NCBI GenBank assembly: GCA_010093605.1
Contig: MU004186.1
Coordinates: forward strand, 2,088,616 to 2,152,615
From: Lophium mytilinum
Lineage: Eukaryota
Direction of reading: 5' to 3'
Length of the DNA stretch: 64,000 nt
In this document: piece after piece, positions 25,401 to 38,720 of the stretch
Numbering within the stretch: position 1 is the stretch's first letter
Layout: each line of letters begins with the position of its first letter
Position numbers and translations under genes: made by a program
Notes under the pieces: model-generated
What the model saw: only the letters and a program-made list of their open reading frames with translations
Database searches by the model: none
What the model was told of the DNA's origin: nothing

Positions 25401-28303
25401 TAGAAACCTCCGAGGAGCTGCTTGCGAATAGCTGCTACTACGTCTGACGGTACTTGGGAAGGGGGGTTTGCAAAACGTCGCAATGCCAGCGGCCATGGGG
25501 AGGACCTCCAAGCCGTGCCGTCATTGGGTGTCTGATGGCCCGCGGCGCGGAGAAGACTTCCGCAATCACCTTCCCATGTTGACACCGATCATTCCGTCCG
25601 GCAACTTGCGGTTCTCATGTCGATCGAAGACGATGGAACCAGAACCGTGAGAGACACCTAGTGATACTATCAACATCGCGCGGCAAGTTAATCGAAGGCA
25701 GCGTGAAGGAGGGTCAGTAAAACGTCCAACACTCGAACCTCATGTCCGTCCCTCGTTCTGGCCGACTCCGAGTCATCAAACTTGATGTATACATCCTACT
25801 TTATATCAATCAGCATCACCGGGTATACCTTTCAAAACTCAGTCTGAGATTCCCGAATAGGGCAAGAATTGAGGGGGAGGGGAATCGAAAAATATAATAC
25901 GGAGTTCTACAATGTCACCTTCTCTGGAGGGGATTGAAAAATGCGACCGAGAGCACATCAATATCTCCTTTTCCGGAAAGGCTTGGATAATGCAACCGAG
26001 AACACTACAATCTTCGTTCTTTTCCGGAGGAGCTGGTATACCCAGCCCACTGATACTTCCTGATCGGAACTGATCAGTACGCTCAGGGCATCTTTCAAAT
26101 GATCCTGAACGGCCAGCTCATGGTTCCAGAACCGGAGCAGCGTTCTAGGATTAGATCAAAACATCCTCCACAAGCTCTGCATGTGCTGCGGCGCAGTGTG
26201 GAGAGGAAGATCAAAAACGCCAACATCGCCACCGTATGTTGCAGAGCTTCAACATTCCACTTCGTCAAATAATGGTTGCTTGTTTGTCGCAGCCGTGGCT
26301 AAGCTCACCTTGCTTCCACTCGTATATTCAAATCGAGCATTACAGCCAAGCATACACTTCAAAACGCCAATCTACACCTTTCCATGGGACCGGAGTCTGC
26401 ATCGGGTCAAAACTTGCCTCAAATGAGGCATTTCCAGGCTACCATGGCCTTTTACGGATGCGAGATATCACAACCCGACAATCAGGAGCAGTTGTTCTAG
26501 AAGCAAAACCTATCCACCCGGAACACACACTATCCGTCTGTCTTCCGGAGCCGTGGCTTAAAGTACTGGACTGATACTCGAATATCAAGCAATTCCAGTA
26601 TCTTTGAAAATAGAACACGATGCAGAAGCCATGGACCAGGATTCCATGCTGTGTCGAGAACTCAACTCAAATCAGCACTTACTCCTGATCTATTACTATA
26701 ATCTACTAGTGGAGGAGGTGGATCAACAGTATCCACCCCACTGATCTATGTTCGTTCGTTTTCCGAAGAAGCGGTCTTTTGAAAACGTCGAGATCGGCAG
26801 TTAAATGTGATTGGAGGCACCGACAGCGCCCGGGAGCTTTGCGTAAACTATAACCCCTGAAAGCGCATCCTAGCTGCGGGAGAAGGGGATCAAAATCGAG
26901 GACGTACACTAGCCATGGGAAGGAGTCGTAAAAATGAACGCAACTCCATCTAATGATCGCACCGCTCTGTGGATCGAGCGAGAGGGTTCAAAAGAAGCAA
27001 TCCAGGTTATTGATGAGTTCCGGACCTTGGAAAATAATTCTTCAACACCACCGAATGGATTGGGAGAAGAAGTACTGCAAACGCTGCACACAAACTTGTG
27101 ATGGAGAGCACTGTTGGGTTTGCCCGGCTTCGTGGGCATGTTCCTGCTTGTGGCAAAGCCTCTGACAATTTGTGTACTCGCGTAGTGGTTTCTGGAACGC
27201 ATGAGTCTCAGGACTTGCAAAATTCCACCCGACAGCTTCTAATGGACTGGGATCTGCGGTGGGAAGAAGGACATCGAAACCTAGCTCCGAGAACTGTCAT
27301 GTGGAGAGCGAGTAATATCTCACTTCGTCCAGATCCATGGTTGTCTGCCGCAGTCACCAGCGACGATAACAATCAGGACACACCTGCCCAGATGAGCCGT
27401 AGAAGTTCAAACTCACCGACTCAGTCATCTATGAGCCGGGAGCTGTTGCTGAGAGTACGCGGCTAATCCGCTAGTGAGCATCAGGATATCAAACCACAGC
27501 ATCAAGATGTCGAATGACCTCGCATTGGTGTATCGATATCCTAGATCTGCAAAAGGTGAAGCATGCGGGAACAATGGTTGGGAGTATCCCGGGAATCTCT
27601 TTCAGGAAAGATGGGCTCTATCATCCAGCATGGAGTTTTGGGGGTTGGCGTCTGGCCTATTTCTTCGGAGGTCTGGATGTGTGAAACTCTGGCACGTGGA
27701 TGCATTGGCTAAGCGCATCCTGCTCGGCTCGTTCTAGAAACATGATCGTTGAGAACAATGAATGGAGTTGGGAGGTTTGTGCGGGTTTAAACTAGAACTA
27801 TTTATATGGAAATTTATTCATCAGATAGAAGCACGTTAGCAAGACTGTTTGACGTTCGAATTGAGATTGACGAAAGGGAAGTGATTGTTTAGGAACATGC
27901 TCTCTAATAGTGCTAACTTTTACGTGTCAAAACAACGTTACCAATCCTAATAGGTTTTGGACATGTATTGACTTAAAGGTCCAACTCTCTAAACTCCGCA
28001 CCCCATGCTTCTGACGTTTAGCGAATTCGGAATCGTAGACAGTATCGTCTACCTTTGCGTACTCCAGACTTGATTTACGCAGGTAGGTTCCTTACAACGT
28101 CGGCTTTATAATAGTTAGAAAGATGACTGCGAGGGAATATTTCACGCGTCTTGCTCCCAAATAGCATATCCGCGTCTTGCACGTGATGTAGAGAAGTCAA
28201 ATACAACTTTTGGCGCTTCTATAACTATTCATATTCTAGAGCCTGGATGCGGGTATCCTACAATCTATCATCAACTTCCGTCTCAATGCAACACCCCCAG
28301 CAC

Positions 28304-29330
28304 CTACTGCTTATCCGGGAAGCCCATGTTCACGCCGAATGCTGGATATACGAAACGCGTGAAGCCCTTCGCTTTCGATATGCCCTCTAGCTTCTCCATA
28401 TCGTCGGCGTCGAGGGTAGTGAGTTTGCGGTTCGATTCGATACGGGCGGGTGTTACTGATTTGGCGAGGACGGAGGAGCCGCGGGCAACTACATTCAATT
28501 AGTATGATTCTATGAAATGAGCACAAGGATTGAAACTTACCGTGGTAACTTAATAGCACCGTTCCCGGCTCCACCGAGTGCTTCTTCGCGACTTCAATCA
28601 CGACCTCCTCTTTCATCAATGGGCTGCCTGTGCTTCCTAACGGACTATACGCAGTGATGTGGATTCCCTTGCCCTTGCAAAAGTCGACGATTTCTTGCTG
28701 GGGCAGATACGGGTGGTTCTCAATCTGGTTAACCGCGGGCGTGATGGTGGTGGTTGGCAGCAGTTCCTCGAGGAACTTGACAGAGTAATTGGCCACGCCA
28801 ATGGCCTTCGCTTTGCCGGTTTCCGGGAGCTTCTCCATAGACTTCCACGTATCGATGTGGGTGGTGGACTTGTCGAGGTCACGCGATCCATCGGGGAACT
28901 TGGGGAAGAGGGGGTGGTTTCCTGGAGAAGTGTTAGATGTTGCGTCAATTGGGCACGCGATGTGGCGATTGCACTCACCCTTCGGGTTCATGGGTACCGG
29001 CCAATGCACCAGGAAGAGGTCCACGTAGTCCAGTCCCAGTGCTTTCAGGCTCTTGCCTAATCCCTCTTCTACGCGCGTGTGGAATGTGCACCATAGTTTC
29101 GTGGTTATGAACAGCTCTTCCCGCTTCACGACCTTCTTCGCCAGCACCTCCTTCAGCGCCTCTCCCACCTCATCCTCGTTCTGGTAGCAGAAAGCGCAGT
29201 CAATGTGCCTGTAGCCAGACTCAATCGCATGAACCACAGCAGCCTTGACCTGGCCAGGCTCCGATTGCCACGTCCCGAGCCCAAGGGCTGGGATGGTGGC
29301 GCCGGTGTTGAGGGGTAGCGGGGTATTCAT
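28304..29330 (-). CDS. NADPH aldo-keto reductase, GAR1-like hexuronate (D-glucuronate/D-galacturonate) reductase, 3 exons
   Basis: LNTGATIPALGLGTWQS, IDCAFCYQNE, TKLW, LVHWP, NQIENHPYLPQ, AYSPLGSTGSPL, RGSSVLAKSVTPARI and C-terminus RFVYPAFGVNMGFPDK; closely resembles my recollection of Trichoderma reesei GAR1. Confidence 0.88.
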
Positions 29331-30550
29331 AGTGGGTGTTGGATGGAGGATACGATCGGGAGTGCGCGCGAGCATGAACTTGGAGAGGGTGGGATTCATA
29401 GCGGGCGAGGGGCTGTGGTTGATATAGTCCGGGGAAAATCGCGGAGTCCCGCGAAATGTTACTTCATGTTTGCATGCCGTGTGGGTAGAGAGGGCGCGCT
29501 GCGGGTCGCCCCACGTATCGGGAGAAGTGTCGGCCCTGGACGCCGGTGAATGGGCGGCCGCTGTTCTCTCGCCGTTCTCTCGGGCCGGGCAGTCGTGCTG
29601 TGCTTAGAGGGGACTGTGACGCTGTTGTGCATTATTTCTGATACATTCACTCTAGACGCTGCCGTTTGGCTGGAGGGGAGTCGCACGGTTATTTTGCACG
29701 TGCTCTACTCCTAATTCGGATTGAAAACGGCGACGTGACCGGGCAATCATTGTTGCGAGAGGGGGCAAGTCTTCCGCCTGCTTCGCCTCTCCGCATCTTC
29801 TTCTCTCCATTATTTCATCATTCATCGCGGGGCACGAGATGCTACCCCTCCTTCCCCAAGCGGAATCTATATCGAAACATTCTCGAAGGCCGGCAGTCCC
29901 TGCATCGCAGCCACATGATCGCCACGCTCCAACGGCCCTCAGTCGCCTCCGCGCAGTCGGTGTTGCTCCAATCGCCCCAAAGAAATGCCGGGCACGCAGG
30001 TTGCGGCGAGAATTGACATTTTCGGCGGGCGCATGGCAAGTCGGATGTAGCCCTGCGGGAACAGTGGAGCCCCGGGAGCCACAACGGCGTCGCAAATCCA
30101 ACCATCCCTCCACCTGACGTAGACCAGTGCACGATATTTCCAATTGTGGACGCATCTCGTCCACGACCTGTTCGCCAGCCCCGCTGAGGGGCCGTCATGC
30201 CTGTCTGAAGACGGCGAACTGCAGAGATTGCGTTGCATCTGGCATGCATTCTGATATCGACCCGCACGAACATCGCCTGACGAGTGGAGTCTAGATTTGA
30301 TTCCAGATGCTCGTGGTAGGTAGGGGAGAATTGCGCTGTTGAGGGGCTGTTTCTTTCCATTTTTTCGTTGCTACGGAGCTGAACCGTGTGTCGCTGCTGA
30401 AGTGTCAAGTACACGCGAAGCTGCTTCTATTCAAATACTCAGCGTCGAGGTAGCTTTTAATCTCATCATCACTTTACTTCATCTCTTGCATCCTCAAGCC
30501 TGTCTTCTTTGATACCCATTTGCATACCTCAATCCCTCACTACCACCAAA

Positions 30551-31522
30551 ATGGCCCCCGCTCTCCTCGAAACCCCGAACATCAACGAGACCTTCAACGA
30601 CCGCGATGGCCTCGCTCTCGAAGCAACCTCCGACGCCATCGACGAGGTCAACGTCCTCAAGGCCGCTCTCAAAGTGAAGAAAGGCACCGCCACCCAAGAA
30701 GAGAAAGACATCTACGAAGCCTCCCAATTCGACGCCGAGAAGGACAAAACGCAGTTCCGACAATACGAGGAAGCCTGCGACCGCGTCAAGAACTTCTACC
30801 GCGAGCAGCACGAGAAGCAAACAGTCGCCTACAACCTCAAAGCACGCAACACCTTCCTCTCCTTCACGCGCGCCGAGATGACCATCTGGGAAGCCATGGA
30901 GAAGCTGAACACCCTCATCGACGAATCCGACCCGGACACCTCGCTGTCCCAGATCGAGCACCTCCTGCAGTCCGCCGAGGCGATCCGCCGCGACGGCAAG
31001 CCGCGCTGGATGCAGCTTACCGGCCTGATCCACGACCTAGGCAAGCTGCTCTTCTTCTTCGGTGCCGAGGGCCAGTGGGACGTCGTCGGCGACACGTTCC
31101 CCGTCGGCTGCGCCTTCGACCGCAAGATCATCTACCCAGACACCTTCGCGGGGAACTCGGACTCCACGGACCCTATCTACAGCACGAAAGAGGGCATCTA
31201 CACCCCGGGCTGCGGCATGGATAACGTCATGCTCAGCTGGGGCCACGACGAGTATCTCTACCACATCGCCAAGGCGCAGAGCACGATGCCTGATGAGGCG
31301 CTGGCGATGATAAGGTATCACTCGTTCTACCCGTGGCACTCGCAGGACGCGTATAGGTGGATGATGAATGAGAAGGATGAGAAGATGTTGGAGGCCGTGA
31401 GGGCGTTTAATCCGTATGATCTGTACTCGAAGAGCGATGAGGTGCCGAAGGCGGAGGAGCTGAAGCCGTATTATATGGAGCTTATTAAGGAGTTCTGGGG
31501 CGAGGGAAAGGTGAAGTGGTGA
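30551..31522 (+). CDS. MIOX: myo-Inositol oxygenase (intronless)
   Basis: FRQYE, FYREQHEKQT, DESDPD, QIEHLLQSAEAIR, LIHDLGK, QWDVVGDTFPVGC, SWGHDEY, IRYHSFYPWH and YDLYSK are the di-iron MIOX signatures. Confidence 0.97.
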   Translation: MAPALLETPNINETFNDRDGLALEATSDAIDEVNVLKAALKVKKGTATQEEKDIYEASQFDAEKDKTQFRQYEEACDRVKNFYREQHEKQTVAYNLKARNTFLSFTRAEMTIWEAMEKLNTLIDESDPDTSLSQIEHLLQSAEAIRRDGKPRWMQLTGLIHDLGKLLFFFGAEGQWDVVGDTFPVGCAFDRKIIYPDTFAGNSDSTDPIYSTKEGIYTPGCGMDNVMLSWGHDEYLYHIAKAQSTMPDEALAMIRYHSFYPWHSQDAYRWMMNEKDEKMLEAVRAFNPYDLYSKSDEVPKAEELKPYYMELIKEFWGEGKVKW

Positions 31523-33102
31523 GTGTGGGAAGTGGGTGGGCGGGGTAATTGGATTTGACTGGCATGATAGATGGGTTTTTTAGCGGTTGGGAATACATGG
31601 GTTGCGTTTGGATTAGATCTCACTGCGCGTGGACGCGGTTGGAGACTTCCTTTGAATGAACATATGGTTCGATCTCATATCGTCGTTTGCCTTACGTTCA
31701 CGTGCTTGACGGGTGAAATTATGTGACGTTGAATTTCTCTCGGGTGTATAAGAGTCTCCCAGAATGAGATCTTAGTTCTCATGGGTCGGAGTGGTCGGAG
31801 GGGTGTTCAACATGCAGTCAGTATACAGGCGAGAAATGTGTTGTGCCGTGTGGAAGAAGGTCTCCGTTGTCAAAGTATCATCTGAACAAACTGATGGAGT
31901 GGTGTGTCGGCGTACTCAAATCTCTTCATCCTCATCATCATGACTGGAATCAAAGCGACAACATCAACCAACGCACGGGAAGCCCTCGCGGCAACAGCTG
32001 GTGGATGGAGGAAGACGTCAAATTTCAACCTCGACCAGCTTATGGAGTGGAAAAGTGGGAGGACTGGTCATCACACACCCCTTGCTGATACCCATCCCCG
32101 CCTTTCCAAATCAATACTAATCACTATATCCTGGAAGTTCGTCATACCTTCATCGGTTTCATCAGATGATTGACACCATTGCGGCGAAATCGGTGCCCGC
32201 ACATGGGTTGAGCAATTCGAGATTGTTTCGATACCACCGACCCCGAACCCGAACCCGAACCATCAGCATTGGTCTATGTTCTTATTTAATCGATCGATGA
32301 CAGATCGATCCTCTTTGATCTGCTGAAAGTCGACGGAGGGGGGCTTATATACCTGGCGAAAGCTGAGTCCCGTGAGAGTTGCTTTTGTCACGAGGCTTGA
32401 TAATCTCAACCGAGGAGGGCAGGAAAGAGTCGAGTCCACAAGATTACACAAAAAGAGCGGATGAATCGAATTAGCGCAGTAATCCATCTCAATTCAGAGC
32501 ATCTTAACATATCACAGCCACACTGCCAGACCAAAAATGACTACTATTTTCATAAGCAGAGACGGAAGCATCTGTACGCTTTTTGCAGGAATTGACGAAA
32601 GATGGCGCAAGAATGGGGGAAGTGTGACAATGAGAAGCGCGCTTTCACTACGGCTAGCGTTGTTCAGACCACAGAGTGAATTGATTACCGCTTTTCGGTC
32701 TAAGCTGTGACTTTTGGAACAAAATGCGGCATTCTGAACTACGCCTTGGGCTTATGATGTATCATCTAGATCGTAAGCGTACGTCATTAGTATGCACCGC
32801 ATCTCCACGAAGAGGGTGCTAGAGGGGCGGCCATGAGAGCGCGAAAACATCATAGGACCGGCATGGGTTAAGAAGAAGTTTAGAAAAGCATAGTAGTGAC
32901 AGCACAGCAAAACCAAATCATGTCAAAAACGTAAGTAATGTATAAAAGTTCATTCCAGCATGGTATATAGGAAAGCGTCTACTATTAGGGAGAATCATCA
33001 ACCTCTCCCTGCCGAGAATGGTTGGTCCGTCCATCTAGCTCATCTTAGATATCTCAGATCAACTGAGCTCTTGCCAATCATTGTGGCTTCAATAATTTAA
33101 TC

Positions 33103-34745
33103 TCATAGTCCAACCTTCTCATCATCGACGGCCATCCTCTCGCGTCTCCATACCTTCAAAGGCATAGAATCCGGGCCACAGTTCATGCTCTCCTTCCACT
33201 CTGGCGTCCACGACTGGTCGGGGAGCGCAAACTCGTATCGGTGAAGCACACTGCTCAGCAACACAGTCTGCTCTAGGTAGCTGATGTTGCGGCCAATGCA
33301 GCCGCGAGCGCCCGCGCTGAACGCGATAAAGTACACTTGCAGGTCCTTGCTATCCGGCTGCAGCCAGCGCTCGGGGATGAACTTTTCTGGCTCAGGGAAG
33401 ATGGTCGGGTCGCGGTGGGCGACGTATGCAGACATAGAGACGGACGTCTCACCGGGGACGAAGGTGCCTTCGATGGAGTGGCCTCCAGGCGGTGTGCGGC
33501 GGGGCAGACCGAAGGTAGTTGGGGGGGTAATACGCATGCTCTCATCGAGACATGCGCGGAGGTATGGCAAGTGGCGCACCTTGTCATAGGGCGCAACCAC
33601 TTCGTCGTCATCGAGCACCGAGTCGATCTCGGCGCGAAGTTTCGCTAGGACAGTTGGGGTCTTGCACAGCCAGTACATGACATTGTTCATGGCGATGGCG
33701 GTGGTGTCGGAGCCGGCGTTCATCATGATGGACACCTCGGCAACGATTTCGCCCCACTCGAGGTTGTTGGGATGTCCGTTCTTGTCTTCCATCAGCGCTT
33801 GGAAGAAGTCGTCGAGCTTCTCGCCGGCTTGGTAGCGGCGCAGACGTTGCATGGCGCGATGCCAGACGATGTCGTTCCAGCCCTCGTTAAGTTTCCAGAG
33901 ATTCTTGAAGCAGGTGGGCAGTACGCGAGTGATCTTCTCATTGAAGTTGTACCAGTCGTAGGCCCAGACGATCTGAGACTGAGCGCGAGCGGTACCATGC
34001 AGGCAACTGCGGTAGGAGGGGATAGTGTGGAGTTCGCCGTTCATTTTCTCACCGGTGACGAGGTCTGAGCCTTGGTCTAGGAAACCAAGACGCTCGCTCA
34101 GTCCAATATCGGCGATGGCATCGAGAGTGAAGAAGTTGGACCAGGCGCGGTAGTCGAAGGTCAGGTCTTTTGGGTCTGGACGAGGGGCTTCTTTGGTAAG
34201 GGGTGCCGTGCAGTGCTTGTCACAGCCGGTGATGAAGCGAGCAGTTTTGTCGCTGACTTTGTGTTCCCAGCCCTCAAGGTTCTTAAGGGCGTAGGCGGAA
34301 GAGAGGACTTTCCGCTTGCGCGCGTGTTCGGGCTTGTCGAGCACATCTGCAAGATGGAAATGTGTGCCAGCGAGGGCTGAGTAAAAGAGATCCTTGGTGC
34401 AAGGGGAACCGTGGCCGTAGATATCCTGGAGGCTGTGTCAGTGATCGTTTCTCCGTATCATTTATAAGAGTTGCTCACCTTGATAGCTTGTGGACGCCCG
34501 TAGCTCAACGAATTTGGTCCAATGCGAATGACTGGGTGCGTCTTGTGCATTTCATAGAGAGTTTTCGACCGGAACCCCTTTCTGGCTTCCCACATGAAGC
34601 CCAGGTTTGTGATACCCGCAATGGGGTTGATGGCGGGGTACTTCCGGAAACCCTTAGGATCGCGGAAGTAGTTGGAAACGGGCCGGATGATGAAGTAGGT
34701 GACGAAGAAGAAGGCGGCACTCGCTGCCACAATGATGGAATACAT
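33103..34745 (-). CDS. Cytochrome P450 (about 529 aa, CYP53-clan-like, often annotated 'benzoate 4-monooxygenase'), 2 exons
   Basis: N-terminal membrane anchor, IRIGPN, I-helix AGSDTT, K-helix ESMR, PERW, heme motif FSAGARGCIG; intron 34426-34478. Confidence 0.95.
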
Positions 34746-35704
34746 CTTGAAAGACTTTCAGGGGGTGCGATCAGGTAGATAGGACAACGTCCTTTCGATA
34801 TAACGTTGGGTTGTACCCCTTGCCTCGGCAATCAGAGATTTTTTATGGATGTAGCCGTAGAGGCAAACACAGAAGTTTTAAGATCAAAGAGTAGAGGGAT
34901 GAATGGAGTAGAGAGTACGAAATGTGATGCTGATCAAAGGACTTCGAACGTGGTGTTCTCCTATATACCTTGATATCAGACAAGAGCCCAAAGAAGAAAC
35001 ATGGACAACGGAGGCACGCGGAGGGTGCCCAACACTGCCCCTCCTGCCCCACCACCCTCTTCCGAGGGACTCAAGACCTTTCTCTCCAGAAGGAGAACCT
35101 TACTCGCAGCAACCGCACCCGCAATCCTAGCCATCGAGATTCTGGGGAACCCGATGGCGTTGAGCTTTGGGCAGCAGTCCATGCACAGGGCTCGATTCAA
35201 GCTTTGCAGGGATGGCGGCGAGAATAGCTGCGTCGAGTCAGTCGTATCAGGCAATTCGGTCATGAAAGTTGCTGCTTTGAGAGGGCGAGGAAGGTTGAAG
35301 AGAGGTGCTGAGGCTGGGCAGGTCGGCCCGGGTGGCGTCCGATGCGGAAGTTTTAGACGACCAACCCCGGAGTTTTCTTTACCCCACAATTCTCCTTCAC
35401 CAGGTTCGATCCGCCCGGGTCTTAGGGTACCAACGTGGCCCTGCCATGGGGTCAGGCGACGCCGAACCGATATGCATGGTGGGGTGGTCTGGACAGGGTC
35501 TTCTAAATGCGGGATTGCCTCTTTTGACCGTCAACACCATTTCTGCCGATCTCAGTGGAGAATTGCTGTCATTTGCCTTCTCCGTTTCAACAGGCCTGAT
35601 TTCCTCTTGCTATATAGGGAATCCACAACGTTCCTGTTCATTACCTATGCCCTGATTCCTGCGTTCTCTTCCGTCCTCATTGTCTTTTTTGATACCCTAC
35701 AGTC

Positions 35705-37921
35705 ATGTCTGCCCCTCTATTTTCAAGCAATGGCTTGCCTGAGTCTCTGCTAGAGCTCACTCAGCTGGCAAAGCCTTCCTCCTACGCAGATATCGCTGCC
35801 TTGGGTCTAGTTGCTCTTGGTTCAGCAGGCTATCTATTGAGAGGAATCGCGTGGGACAAACCAGATCCGTATAACCACTTGTTTTACGAAAGACCACAAG
35901 AGAAGGACTCTGCTAGCAGAAATGCCCAAAAGGAGACTAGGAACATAGCCCAGAAGCTTGAGGAATCTGTAAGCATCTCTCCTGAACAGTTTTCTCTTCT
36001 CAGACACTGATAAGTGTAGGAAAAATCCCTCGTCATTTTCTGGGGATCGCAATCTGGTACTGCCGAAGCCATCGCGAACCGACTCGCAAGAGAATGCCAT
36101 CTCCGATTTGGCTTGAACTGCATGGCCGCAGATCTCTCCGACTACGATGCTGAAACCATCGCCCTCATTCCTCAGACGAAGTTTGCAATCTTCATCATGT
36201 CAACGTTCGGCGAGGGCGATCCGAGTGACAACTCCGCTGGCTTGTGGGAGTGGGTGTTGAAGTCCACCGACATCAAACTCGAAAACCTCCGGTACATGGC
36301 TTTCGGTCTTGGGAACAGCAACTACAAATACTACAACCGCGTTATCGACGTTGTGACAGAAGCGCTGGACAAGTTTGGCGCCCAGAAGTTGATGCCAGTA
36401 GGCCGAGCGGACGATGCCACAGGCGCCACAGAGGAAGACTTTATGGGATGGAGAGACGACCTCTTCACCGTTTTCCGAAGGGATTTGCACTTCGAGGAAC
36501 ACGAAATCGCATACGAGCCTACACTTTCTGTCGAAGAGGACGAGTCTCTCGATATCATCGACCTGCATCACGGTGAACCAATGCATCCACGAGAGAATGC
36601 CAAATCAGCAGCGAGCTGCTCGCCCATCAAAGCACTGAATATCCAATCTTCCCGCGAACTCTTCAACTCCTCGTCCCGCAATTGCATCCATATGGAGCTC
36701 GACATCAACGACCACTCAGAACTGCACTACAAGACAGGTGACCATCTCGCCGTCTGGCCAACAAACCCGGACAACGAAGTGGAACGACTTCTCCGCGTAT
36801 TGGGTCTCTCTGAGCGCCGTGATGTCCCCGTCAGTGTCAAGTCTCTGGACGAAACCGTCAAAGTCAAAGTCCCTACGCCAACGACCCTCTCCGCCCTCTT
36901 CCGCTACTACCTCGAGATCTGCGCACCCATCTCCCGTGATACCATGGCCAGCCTCGCACAATTCGCCCCTAACCCTGCAATAAAGACCTACCTCAGTACC
37001 CTCGCCACCTCAAAGGATGCCTATGCGGACTTTTTGACCCGCAACTACCTTACTCTCGGCCGTCTCCTCGAAGCCGCTCTCGCCTCCGACTCCTCAACCC
37101 CGTCCACCTGGCCCACTCTCCCCCTCTCCTGGCTCCTCGAAACTCTTCCCCACACCCAACCCCGCTACTACTCCATCTCCTCCTCCTCCGCCATCTCCCC
37201 CCGGACACCCGCAATCACCGCCCTTGTCTCCAGCACGCCCCTCCCCTCCGACCCCTCGCAATCCATCAACGGCGTCACAAGCAACTACCTCCTCGCCCTC
37301 TCCCAATCCCACAGCTCCTCCTCCTCCATCACCCAACCCACCTCATCCATCTACACCCTCACAAACCCCGCCCTCGCCCTCTCCGGCGACTCCCCAAGCG
37401 GCCACAAACTGCACGCCCACATCCGCAAATCGAAATTCAAGCTCCCCCTCTCCTCCCTCACGCCTCTCATCATGGTCGCTGCCGGAACCGGCCTCGCGCC
37501 CTTCCGCGCCTTCATCTCCGAGCGCGCGCGCCTCGCGTCCGTCGGCAAGGAGATCGGGCCCATGGTTCTCTTCTTCGGGTGCCGCGACCCGGCCGAAGAC
37601 TACATCTACCAGGACGAGCTGGAGGGATATGTGCGGCAGCTGGAGGGGAAGCTGAGGGTCGTGACGGCGTTTTCGAGAGTCGGAGGGGAGAAGGTGTATG
37701 TGCAGGACCGCGTGCAGCAGCATGAGGAGGAGGTGGTGAGGTTGTTGACGGAGGAGGCAGGGAATTTCTATGTTTGTGGGCGCGCGAGTATGGCGAGGGA
37801 GGTTGGGAAGGTGGTGCAGGGCGCGGTGGGGAGGAGGAAGGGGTGGGGGGAGGCGGAGGTGAAGCAATGGAGTGAGGGGGTGAAGAGGAGGGGAAAATGG
37901 GGGGAGGATGTTTGGGGTTAG
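35705..37921 (+). CDS. NADPH-cytochrome P450 reductase (accessory CPR-type paralogue), 2 exons
   Basis: Membrane anchor, FWGSQSGTAE, STFGEGDPSDN, FGLGNSNY, PRYYSISSS, AAGTGLAPFR, FFGCR, KVYVQDR, YVCG, EDVWG; intron 35969-36019. Confidence 0.95.
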
Positions 37922-38184
37922 AGCGCGGAATGGGAGGGGGTATTCGGAGGGCTGCATGGTTAGGATGTGTCTACAATGGAGTTTTGGGATAGATTTTTGG
38001 TCTCTTCGATGAGATGGTTCATAGGATTACGAGACTGGAATAATAGTTTCGTTATCACTACTTAGTATCCTCTTATTCAACGCAATCGGCGAATTGTTTC
38101 TTTCGTTCAAACCTTATGGACATTCCATAAAACTACATAGGGTATCGCAACAGGCTATCAAACCTTCAATTACGATGTAAAAGT

Positions 38185-38720
38185 AAATGCAGCGGAAACC
38201 AGACTACCCTCTAAATATCTACGGACTTGCTAGCTAAGGCACTCCTTACAGCGGCATTGAGCGCGCAAGAGAAAAGCTGTGACACTGATATTTCCATACA
38301 CCCAAAATGGGTTTCTGATACGGAATGTGAATATCGACGGAGTGAAGATCAGACTACCATTCAACTTAGCGAAGACAGACCAGCTGAGGCACTCCTGACA
38401 CCGGTATCGAGCACACGAGAGACAACTGACAGTAGTGATATATCCACACAAGTAAAACTACTCTCTAGTATAAGAAATGAGTGTTAGGATCGATGCTATG
38501 GAAATCAGACTACCCTTTTACTTACTACAGACCTGCTAGCTGAGGTACTCCTTACATTGTTATCGAGCAAGCAGAAATAATACCAAAATAGTAACATATC
38601 TACATTCCTAACTCTATCCTTAAATACAAGATTTCAGGTTTGATGCAGTGGACATTAGGCACCTTTCCACTTGAGAAAAATAAGCCAGCTGAAGTACTCC
38701 GTAATTCCGGGTGTTGTCGA
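38185..38720. repeat. Degenerate tandem repeat, period 150-156 bp, about 4 copies
   Basis: CAGACTACC...GCTGAGG(C/T)ACTCCT core recurs near 38200, 38350 and 38506, and more diverged near 38656. Confidence 0.8.

Noticed and set aside
30494..31339. Long antisense and alternative-frame ORFs over MIOX (likewise over the dehydrogenase, CPR, RFC1 and transporter)
   Set aside because: Expected shadows of high third-position GC codon bias.
35001..35753. 250-aa ORF between the P450 and CPR genes
   Set aside because: No recognisable motif; it spans a GC-rich bidirectional promoter and overlaps the CPR start out of frame, so it is probably a chance ORF.
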